Position numbers and translations under genes: made by a program. From an uncultured bacterium (GTDB lineage: Bacteria; Omnitrophota; Gorgyraeia; Zapsychrales; JANLHA01), in assembly GCA_965371485.1 (NCBI GenBank), contig CBDUYP010000001.1:1-24893 (forward strand): a stretch of DNA of 24,893 bases, written 5' to 3'. Positions within the stretch are counted from its first letter, which is position 1. Every line of letters starts with the position of its first letter. The notes below the pieces were generated by a model. The model did not search any database. It saw nothing but the letters and a program-made list of their open reading frames with translations, and was not told the origin of the DNA. Positions 8,537 through 16,206 of the stretch are shown piece by piece.

Positions 8537-8869
8537 TTATGTTATTAAATCTAACTCGATCGTTAAATGCGTTGTTCTCTTTAAAATCCGCGTAGCACGC
8601 CCGAATGCGGCCGCACGGAACCTTTTCCACACAGGCCCCGGGTTAGCCGTTATCTTGGAAATATAAAGCTGTTCTTCCGTCAAACCTTTTTGTTTCGCGT
8701 TGCTGACGGCTGAATTTAATATTTTGGTAATAAGTCCGGCGCATCCCCTGTTGACATGTGTTAATATCGATAAAGAGGACGTGATATTTTTTCCCCGAAG
8801 AAGATCAATGACGTATCTTACCTTTGTCGGAGAAACCCGAATATATTGTCCTTTTGCCTTTGCGATCAT
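8537..8869 (-). CDS. rplV: 50S ribosomal protein L22 (uL22)
   Basis: YIRVSPTKVR.VIDLLRGK, LNSAVSNA, GRATRILKRTTHLT. Confidence 0.98.
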   Translation of the reverse strand: MIAKAKGQYIRVSPTKVRYVIDLLRGKNITSSLSILTHVNRGCAGLITKILNSAVSNAKQKGLTEEQLYISKITANPGPVWKRFRAAAFGRATRILKRTTHLTIELDLIT

Positions 8870-8879
8870 CTTCTGTTCC

Positions 8880-9167
8880 TTATGTCTTGGCCGCTGCCTT
8901 CTTGGCCTTCACGCCCCCATGTTTCCTGAACACTCTTGTAGGGGCAAAATCACCGAATTTATAACCCACCATGCTTTCTGTAATGAATACCGGGACATGC
9001 TTGCGTCCATCATGCACCGAAATCGTATAGCCGACGAACTCCGGTGTAACTGTTGAACGCCGGGACCATGTCTTGATCGGCTGCTTCTCGCCGCTGCGGA
9101 TCATTCTCTCAATTTTTTTCGCCAAAGATGGTTCAATATAGGGACCTTTTTTTACCGAACGGGGCAT
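8880..9167 (-). CDS. rpsS: 30S ribosomal protein S19 (uS19)
   Basis: [30 protein letters not shown]. Confidence 0.99.
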   Translation of the reverse strand: MPRSVKKGPYIEPSLAKKIERMIRSGEKQPIKTWSRRSTVTPEFVGYTISVHDGRKHVPVFITESMVGYKFGDFAPTRVFRKHGGVKAKKAAAKT

Positions 9168-9168
9168 T

Positions 9169-10005
9169 TTACTTTGTCCTTCTTTTTACAATGTATTGAT
9201 TAGAATATTTCTTTCTTCTGCGCGTTTTCAAACCTTTTGTTCCCTTACCCCATGGCGTAACGGGATGCGGATTTCCCTGAGGCGCTTTCCCTTCACCGCC
9301 ACCATGCGGATGATCAACAGGATTCATGGCAACACCGCGAACATGGCCACGATGCCCCTTCCACCGCGATCTTCCCGCTTTTCCAAAAGATTGAGTTTCA
9401 TGCTCAACATTGCCTAATTGTCCGATCGTTGAACGGCAATCCACTCTGATCTTTCGTATTTCGCTGGATGGCATCCGAATCTGCGCAAACTTTCCTTCTT
9501 TGGCCATCAACCGGGCGGATGTTCCGGCCGAACGGGCTATTTGCCCACCCTTACCGGGTTGCAATTCGATATTATGGATGGCTGCCCCCAAAGGGATCCT
9601 TTTCAAAGGCAGACAATTGCCTGCTTTTATCTCAACATCCCCATCATAAGTACTGACAACTGTCTGGCCGACCCGTAATTCAAACGGAGCCAATATATAA
9701 GATCTTGTCTTGTCCGGGTATTCAATTAAGGCGATCCGGGCTGAACGATTAGGGTCATATTCAATAGCCAGAACTTTCGCGTTCTCATCAATGCGAGCGC
9801 GCTTAAAGTCGACAAGACGATACATGCGTTTATGCCCCCCGCCGCGAAAACGGACCGTGATACGCCCATACATATTGCGGCCGCCTGTTTTCTTTAAGGG
9901 ACGTAACAGTGACTTTTCAGGCTTTGATTTAGTGAGTTCCGCAAAATCACAAAGCGCGGTATGTCGCAGTACATTTGTCGTTGGTTTGAATCGTTTAATT
10001 CCCAT
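9169..10005 (-). CDS. rplB: 50S ribosomal protein L2 (uL2)
   Basis: [50 protein letters not shown]. Confidence 0.99.
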   Translation of the reverse strand: MGIKRFKPTTNVLRHTALCDFAELTKSKPEKSLLRPLKKTGGRNMYGRITVRFRGGGHKRMYRLVDFKRARIDENAKVLAIEYDPNRSARIALIEYPDKTRSYILAPFELRVGQTVVSTYDGDVEIKAGNCLPLKRIPLGAAIHNIELQPGKGGQIARSAGTSARLMAKEGKFAQIRMPSSEIRKIRVDCRSTIGQLGNVEHETQSFGKAGRSRWKGHRGHVRGVAMNPVDHPHGGGEGKAPQGNPHPVTPWGKGTKGLKTRRRKKYSNQYIVKRRTK

Positions 10006-10283
10006 TATGTTACGTCGATCTTCTGTCCTTCTTTAAGTGTCACAACCGCCTTCTTCCAAGGCGTTGTGTGTCCGAATTCTTTTCTGACTCTTTTGCGTTT
10101 CCCGGGAACCATGGAGGTGTTCACCGTCGTCACCTTGACATGATATATCTCTTCAACCGCCTTTTTAATTTCAATCTTATTAGCGCGATCCGACACATGA
10201 AACAGGTATTTTCTCTGTGGCTCAAGAAAAGCCCCTTTTTCTGTTCGGATCAGCGTGTTAACAATATCATAACTCGTAATCAT
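10005..10283 (-). CDS. rplW: 50S ribosomal protein L23 (uL23)
   Basis: [33 protein letters not shown]. Confidence 0.98.
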   Translation of the reverse strand: MITSYDIVNTLIRTEKGAFLEPQRKYLFHVSDRANKIEIKKAVEEIYHVKVTTVNTSMVPGKRKRVRKEFGHTTPWKKAVVTLKEGQKIDVT

Positions 10284-10307
10284 ATCTCGGATCTCACTCT
10301 GAATTTC

Positions 10308-10931
10308 TTATTTAACGCGTTCCATTAATTTACTGAATGCCGTCTTTGTTACAAGCAACCTCTTGTTTCTCAAGATATCATACGCGTTAACATCTTCAGA
10401 GCGTATCAGATGAAATCTCGGAATATTGCGGCTCGCCCGTTTCACACTTTCGTCGCATCCGTCCAATAATGCCAAAATCTTCCCACGAAGGTTTAATGCG
10501 GTCAATACACTTGCAAATTCTTTGGTCTTGGAAAATTTATCTTTAAAATCTTCCAGACATAATAAATCCTCGGATTTATATTTCGCGTTCAAACTCTGTC
10601 TTAAAGCGACCTTTTTCATTTTTTTAGGAACACTATAACTAAAATCCCTCGGATGCGGTCCAAAAGTCACCCCTCCGCCCCGCCATAAAGGCGAACGGCT
10701 TGACCCGGCACGTGCGCGACCGGTTCCCTTTTGACGATGAGGCTTTGCCCCTCCACCGGAAACGTCTGCTCTCTCTTTGGTTGATACCGTGCCTTGACGT
10801 AACGAAGCTTGATACATAACAACCACTTGATGCATGACTTTTGTGTTGACCGGGCCGCCAAATATTTCATCAGAAATCTTAAATTTTCCTGTCTCCTTGC
10901 CTTCTCTATTTAGAATGGATAACTCCGGCAT
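10308..10931 (-). CDS. rplD: 50S ribosomal protein L4 (uL4)
   Basis: RQGTVSTK.RADVSGGGAKP.RQKGTGRARAGS.RSPLWRGGGVTFGP.PR. Confidence 0.99.
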   Translation of the reverse strand: MPELSILNREGKETGKFKISDEIFGGPVNTKVMHQVVVMYQASLRQGTVSTKERADVSGGGAKPHRQKGTGRARAGSSRSPLWRGGGVTFGPHPRDFSYSVPKKMKKVALRQSLNAKYKSEDLLCLEDFKDKFSKTKEFASVLTALNLRGKILALLDGCDESVKRASRNIPRFHLIRSEDVNAYDILRNKRLLVTKTAFSKLMERVK

Positions 10932-10932
10932 G

Positions 10933-11667
10933 TTACTTTTTCCCCTTCTTCTTGGCCGGCTTAGCCTTCTTTCCCGCTTTAGCCTTACTTTGCTTCATAG
11001 GGTTACGTTTCTTACCGCTGAGAGCTGGTTTATCATCAAGAGACTTGTAAGCCTTTTTCTTGGATCGAAGAATCGTTAATAATGTATTTTTATGCCCCGG
11101 AACGGCCCCTTCTACCAAAAGCAGATTCTTTTCAACATCAATTTGCATAACACGTAAATTTTGAACAGTAACTTTGCCTGCACCCATATGCCCCGGCATA
11201 TGAGTCCCTTTAAGTGTTCTTGACGGATCAGCGCTGGCACCGATAGACCCCACCCGCCGGTGATGCATGGAACCGTGTCCGGCAGGTCCGCCGTCCCAGT
11301 TCCATCGTTTCATTCCGCCCTGGAACCCTTTTCCTTGCGAGATTCCCGAGACATCAACATAATCGCCGGGTTTAAAAATATCCGTCTGAATTTCCTTCCC
11401 CACCTGATAATCCTTGTTGTCACTCGATTCAAATTCCCGAATGGAACGCAGGGGTTCCACTTTGATCTTCTTGAAAAATCCCTGCTCAGGTTTTTTGACA
11501 CGGGATTCTTTGATCTTCTCAAAGCCCAATTTGAGCTTAAGGGGAGAATCCATAATACTTAACACCTTACAAGGACCTGCCTCAATAACAGTAACAGGGA
11601 CAACATTCCCGTCCTTATTAAATATCTGTGTCATTCCTACTTTTTTTCCGAGTAAGCCTCTTACCAT
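10933..11667 (-). CDS. rplC: 50S ribosomal protein L3 (uL3) with Lys-rich C-terminal tail
   Basis: GKKVGMTQIF, PVTVIEAGPC, GKGFQG, HGSMHHRRVGSIG, MPGHMG, GAVPG. Confidence 0.99.
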   Translation of the reverse strand: MVRGLLGKKVGMTQIFNKDGNVVPVTVIEAGPCKVLSIMDSPLKLKLGFEKIKESRVKKPEQGFFKKIKVEPLRSIREFESSDNKDYQVGKEIQTDIFKPGDYVDVSGISQGKGFQGGMKRWNWDGGPAGHGSMHHRRVGSIGASADPSRTLKGTHMPGHMGAGKVTVQNLRVMQIDVEKNLLLVEGAVPGHKNTLLTILRSKKKAYKSLDDKPALSGKKRNPMKQSKAKAGKKAKPAKKKGKK

Positions 11668-11695
11668 GATGCATTTCCTGATCTTAAAGACACGG

Positions 11696-11998
11696 TTACT
11701 GTTTTATCTCCACGTCTACCCCGGCAGGTAAATTTAACTTACGGAGTGCTTCAACTGTTTTCGCCGTCGGATCAACAAGATCAATAAGCCGCTTATGCGT
11801 CACAAGATGAAACTGCTCCCGGGCTTTTTTATCAACATGCGGCGATTTCAGGACCGTATACAACTCCTTATCCGTCGGCAAGGGAACAGGCCCGACAACC
11901 TTGGCCCCCGTACGTATGGCCGTGTCAACAATTTCCTGAGCTGACTGATCAATCAACCGATGATCATAAGCCTTTAATTTTAATCGTAATTTTTGCAT
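11696..11998 (-). CDS. rpsJ: 30S ribosomal protein S10 (uS10/NusE)
   Basis: [45 protein letters not shown]. Confidence 0.99.
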   Translation of the reverse strand: MQKLRLKLKAYDHRLIDQSAQEIVDTAIRTGAKVVGPVPLPTDKELYTVLKSPHVDKKAREQFHLVTHKRLIDLVDPTAKTVEALRKLNLPAGVDVEIKQ

Positions 11999-12001
11999 TT
12001 T

Positions 12002-13198
12002 TTATTGTATAACTTCAGAAACAACGCCCGCCCCGACAGTCCGTCCGCCCTCGCGGATAGCAAAGCGCAATTCTTTCTCCATAGCAACCGGTATAATCAA
12101 TTCCACGACTAATTCAACGTTATCCCCGGGCATACACATTTCCTGTCCTTCAGGAAGGGTGGCCGTACCCGTAACGTCTGTTGTCCGAAAATAGAACTGC
12201 GGACGGTACCCTTTGAAAAACGGCGTGTGCCGGCCGCCTTCTTCTTTCGTTAAAATATAAACCTGGGACTTGAATTTTGTGTGGGGAGTGATGGAACCGG
12301 TTTTTGCTAAAACCATCCCCCTCTCAACTTTATCCTTATCCATACCGCGCAGAAGAAGTCCCACATTGTCCCCTGCCTGACCTTCATCCAATTCCTTGCG
12401 GAACATCTCCACACCCGTAACAACCGTCTTTTGAATTTCATTACGAAGGCCGACGACATCCACCTCTTCGCTGACGTGCACCTTTCCTCTCTCGATCCGG
12501 CCCGTCGCGACCGTACCACGACCGGATATAGAGAAAACATCTTCCACGGCCATAGAAAAAGGTTTCTCAAAATCTCTTTTCGGTTCAGGAATATAATCAT
12601 CAACAGCCTGCACAAGATCATAAATAGGCTGTGCCTTTTCGGCATCATCAGGGTTATTTAAAGCATCCAGAGCACTTCCCTGAATAATCGGTGTGTTGTC
12701 GCCGTCAAACTTGTATTTCGTTAGAAGTTCCCGCACCTCCAGTTCAACCAATTCCAAAAGCTCCTTGTCTTCGACCTGATCACATTTATTCATGAAGACG
12801 ACAAGCTGAGGGACGTTAACCTGGCGGGCCAAAAGGATATGCTCCCTTGTCTGGGGCATAGGGCCGTCAGCCGCAGAAACAACAAGAATCGCCCCGTCCA
12901 TCTGCGCTGCTCCTGTAATCATATTTTTGATATAATCCGCATGCCCTGGACAATCAATATGGGCATAATGTCTCTTTTCCGATTCATATTCAAGATGGGC
13001 AATGTTAATAGTAACACCACGCTCTTTTTCTTCCGGAGCATTATCGATAGAATCATAGGAACGCGCCTCGCCCGCCAGACCCTTTTTATGCAAAAGTGTC
13101 GCGATGGCAGCACTCAACGTTGTCTTTCCATGGTCGACGTGCCCAATGGTTCCTATGTTTAAATGCGGTTTGTTCCTGATGAATTTTTCTTTAGCCAT
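12002..13198 (-). CDS. tuf: Elongation factor Tu
   Basis: [49 protein letters not shown]. Confidence 0.99.
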   Translation of the reverse strand: MAKEKFIRNKPHLNIGTIGHVDHGKTTLSAAIATLLHKKGLAGEARSYDSIDNAPEEKERGVTINIAHLEYESEKRHYAHIDCPGHADYIKNMITGAAQMDGAILVVSAADGPMPQTREHILLARQVNVPQLVVFMNKCDQVEDKELLELVELEVRELLTKYKFDGDNTPIIQGSALDALNNPDDAEKAQPIYDLVQAVDDYIPEPKRDFEKPFSMAVEDVFSISGRGTVATGRIERGKVHVSEEVDVVGLRNEIQKTVVTGVEMFRKELDEGQAGDNVGLLLRGMDKDKVERGMVLAKTGSITPHTKFKSQVYILTKEEGGRHTPFFKGYRPQFYFRTTDVTGTATLPEGQEMCMPGDNVELVVELIIPVAMEKELRFAIREGGRTVGAGVVSEVIQ

Positions 13199-13205
13199 GA
13201 TGATC

Positions 13206-13213
13206 CCTCCTTA
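13206..13213 (-). promoter_or_regulatory. Strong Shine-Dalgarno site for tuf (TAAGGAGG)
   Basis: Full-consensus TAAGGAGG 7 nt upstream of ATG 13198, preceded by an A-rich stretch, in the 44-nt fusA-tuf gap. Confidence 0.85.
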
Positions 13214-13242
13214 TTTTTCTAAACTCTTTTCTTCTTAGTAAT

Positions 13243-15339
13243 TTATCTTCTGGCCGTCTCTTCCTGCCTAGCCCCTTTAATCTTTTCAGCAACATGCTGC
13301 GGGACTTCGGCATAAAAAGCCGGCTCCATGGAAAATGCTGCCCGCCCCTGCGTTAAAGACCGCAGCGCGTTTGCATAATTAAACATCTCAGCTAAGGGAA
13401 CCTCACATCGCGCGGTTTTTAATTTTCCACGCGTTCCCAAACTGACAATCTTGGCCCTTCTCGTATTTAAATCGCCAATGACCGTTCCCATAAATTCCTC
13501 CGGCACAGAACATTCTAAATCCATAACCGGCTCCATAAAGACGGATCCGCCTTTGTGCAAAGCCTCTTTCAAAGCCGAGCGGCCGGCCAAATGGAATGCC
13601 AATTCACTGGAATCAACGTCATGATAGGACCCATCGACCAGCGTTACCACAAAATCTGAGACGGGATATCCGGCAAGGATACCGTTTTGCGCTCCCTCCC
13701 GAACCCCTTTTTCAACGGCCGGAATATATTCACGGGGAATATTTCCCCCCTTGATTTTATTAATAAATTCAATGCCCTTGCCGGGTTCTTCCGCCGGCTC
13801 AATATTAATAATACAATGTCCATACTGACCGCGGCCGCCTGTCTGAGTAATATGTTTTCCCACAATCCCTGTCACTTTTTGAGTAATGGCTTCGCGATAA
13901 GCAACCTGCGGACGTCCGATATTCGTTTCCAACCCATGCTCGCGTTTCATGCGGTCAATAATAATATCGAGATGCAATTCCCCCATGCCGGAGATGATTG
14001 TCTGGCCCGTTTCATGATTGTACTTTACCCTAAGAGAAGGATCCTCATCCAAAAATTTCCTCAATGTCAACCCCATCTTGTCCTGATCGGCCTTTGTTTT
14101 CGGCTCAATGGCCATGGAGACAACCGGTTCAGGAACCTTCATGTTTTCAAGGAGGATTTGTTCTTTTTCACTGCAAATCGTGTTCCCGGATTTCGTTTCC
14201 TTTAAACCGACAAGAGCGACAATCTCTCCTGCCTCGACCCTGGGAACAATTTCCTGTTTATTAGAATGCATGACAACAATTTTAGAAATTCTTTCTTTTT
14301 TCCGGAGGGAAGAATTATAAACCGTTGCGCCGGATTCGATGACTCCGGAATAAATTCGCGTATAAAATAATTTTCCCACATAGGGGTCTGAGGCTATTTT
14401 AAAAACAAGCGCGCTCAAAGGTTCCTCTGGGGATGCTTTGCGTTCGGTATGTTCTTCTGTTTTAGGATTTATCCCGGGAACCGGGGGGACATCGAGAGGG
14501 GAAGGCAAATATTCGGTAACGGCATCCAGCACCATCTGCACACCTCTGTTTCGAAGTGCCGTTCCGACGAGAACAGGAAGAAAGGTATTCTTGATAACGC
14601 CTTTACGGATGGCCGCTTTTATTTCATCGGCAGAAATTTCTTTTTCTTCCAGAAACTTTTCCATGATGCCATCATCAGCATCTGCCAACTTTTCCAAAAG
14701 CACATGACGGCTTTCTTTGGCCTTTTCTTTTAAATGATCCGGAATAGCCTGCCTTTCAAATTCCATTCCGTCAGCATCTTTATAAACAATGTAGTTTTCC
14801 TCTATCAAATCAACGATCCCTTTAAAATTGTCCTCTGCTCCGTCAGGAATCTGAATCGCTTCGGCATTAGCCCCTAAACGGTCATGGATATCCTTTATAA
14901 CCGCTTCAAAATCGGCACCGAGACGGTCAATTTTGTTGATGAAGAATATGCGCGGGACTTTATAGCGGTCTGCTTGCCGCCACACCGTTTCCGTCTGTGA
15001 CTGAACACCGCTGGTGGCGCACAAGACCACCACCGCCCCGTCAAGAACTTTCAGGGATCGTTCCACCTCAACGGTAAAATCCACGTGACCCGGCGTATCA
15101 ATGATATTGATCTTCTTTTTATTCCAAAAACAGGCCGTGTTGGCTGAGGTAATCGTAATGCCGCGTTCCTGCTCCTGTGCCATCCAGTCCATCGTGGCAT
15201 TCCCTTCATCAACCGTACCCATTTTATGAATGACCCCGGCATAATAAAGAATGCGCTCTGTTGTTGTTGTCTTACCGGCATCAATATGCGCAATGATCCC
15301 GATATTTCTGACGTCTTTTAAAGGTATTTTTTCAGTCAT
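13243..15339 (-). CDS. fusA: Elongation factor G (str-operon copy, divergent)
   Basis: [58 protein letters not shown]. Confidence 0.98.
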   Translation of the reverse strand: MTEKIPLKDVRNIGIIAHIDAGKTTTTERILYYAGVIHKMGTVDEGNATMDWMAQEQERGITITSANTACFWNKKKINIIDTPGHVDFTVEVERSLKVLDGAVVVLCATSGVQSQTETVWRQADRYKVPRIFFINKIDRLGADFEAVIKDIHDRLGANAEAIQIPDGAEDNFKGIVDLIEENYIVYKDADGMEFERQAIPDHLKEKAKESRHVLLEKLADADDGIMEKFLEEKEISADEIKAAIRKGVIKNTFLPVLVGTALRNRGVQMVLDAVTEYLPSPLDVPPVPGINPKTEEHTERKASPEEPLSALVFKIASDPYVGKLFYTRIYSGVIESGATVYNSSLRKKERISKIVVMHSNKQEIVPRVEAGEIVALVGLKETKSGNTICSEKEQILLENMKVPEPVVSMAIEPKTKADQDKMGLTLRKFLDEDPSLRVKYNHETGQTIISGMGELHLDIIIDRMKREHGLETNIGRPQVAYREAITQKVTGIVGKHITQTGGRGQYGHCIINIEPAEEPGKGIEFINKIKGGNIPREYIPAVEKGVREGAQNGILAGYPVSDFVVTLVDGSYHDVDSSELAFHLAGRSALKEALHKGGSVFMEPVMDLECSVPEEFMGTVIGDLNTRRAKIVSLGTRGKLKTARCEVPLAEMFNYANALRSLTQGRAAFSMEPAFYAEVPQHVAEKIKGARQEETARR

Positions 15340-15342
15340 GAT

Positions 15343-15813
15343 CTACCACCGCAAATGCGCAAAGGCCTTGTTCGCCTCAGCCATTTTATGTGTCTCATCC
15401 TTTTTTTTAATAGCGGGTCCCTCAAATTTATAAGCAGCGAGGAGTTCATCCGCCAGCTTAATAACCATCGGCCTACCCTTTTTCTTCTTGGCAAAATCCC
15501 GAATCCACCGCAATGCCAAAGAATTACCGCGCTGAACCGAGACTTCCACGGGAACCTGATAAGTAGCCCCTCCGACGCGTCTCGGTTTAATTTCCAGACG
15601 GGGACGTACATTTTCAACAGCCTTATTGAAAACCTTAAGAGCACTTTCATCATGCGCTCTTTGTTTTAAACTTTCCATAGCACCATAAACGATTTTTTCC
15701 GCAACAGCCTTTTTGCCTTGAACCATAATCGTGTTAATAAGCCTTCCCACCAACTGGCTGCTATATTTCGGATCCGATGCAACTTTTCGTTTTTCTGCTC
15801 TGCGTCTGCGCAT
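15343..15813 (-). CDS. rpsG: 30S ribosomal protein S7 (uS7)
   Basis: [43 protein letters not shown]. Confidence 0.99.
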   Translation of the reverse strand: MRRRRAEKRKVASDPKYSSQLVGRLINTIMVQGKKAVAEKIVYGAMESLKQRAHDESALKVFNKAVENVRPRLEIKPRRVGGATYQVPVEVSVQRGNSLALRWIRDFAKKKKGRPMVIKLADELLAAYKFEGPAIKKKDETHKMAEANKAFAHLRW

Positions 15814-15834
15814 TGTTCTACCCGTCTTTCCTGA

Positions 15835-16206
15835 TTATTTCTCCATCTTCGTTCCGTATTTTGACCGCGACCGCTTGCGCTTCGAAACCCCTGCCGTATC
15901 CAATGTCCCTCGTACGATATGATAACGAACACCCGGCAAGTCTTTAACACGACCGCCTCTGACAAGAACGATCGAATGTTCCTGAAGATTATGCCCCTCT
16001 CCCGGAATATAGGAAGTCACCTCGGTGCGATTAGACAATCGGACTCTCGCGATTTTACGCAATGCCGAGTTCGGCTTTTTGGGCGTCATCGTTTTCACCT
16101 GCAAACAAACTCCCCGCTTTTGCGGACAGGTATTTAAAGCAGGCGACTTACTTTTTTTCTGTTTCCGTTGTCTTCTCTTGCGAATCAGTTGTTGTATCGT
16201 CGGCAT
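15835..16206 (-). CDS. rpsL: 30S ribosomal protein S12 (uS12)
   Basis: [44 protein letters not shown]42, K87 and D88 equivalents are intact. Confidence 0.99.
   Translation of the reverse strand: MPTIQQLIRKRRQRKQKKSKSPALNTCPQKRGVCLQVKTMTPKKPNSALRKIARVRLSNRTEVTSYIPGEGHNLQEHSIVLVRGGRVKDLPGVRYHIVRGTLDTAGVSKRKRSRSKYGTKMEK

Noticed and set aside
8523-8630. Apparent 36-aa N-terminal extension of S3
   Set aside because: It overlaps rplV; the true start is GTG 8522 with SD GAGGTG and the canonical (M)GQKV N-terminus.
13199-13275. Internal tuf promoter (TAGGCA-19 nt-TAAATT)
   Set aside because: 4/6 matches with an over-long spacer in A-rich sequence; not distinguishable from chance.
15950-16090. Streptomycin-resistance alleles in S12
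   Set aside because: PKKPNS and RVKDLPG are wild type.
16133-16157. A_AAA_AAG directly before the rpoC stop as a route to a beta'-S12 fusion
   Set aside because: rpsL is in the +1 frame. A -1 shift only adds VSRLL before TAA, and I see no upstream SD-like or downstream hairpin stimulator.
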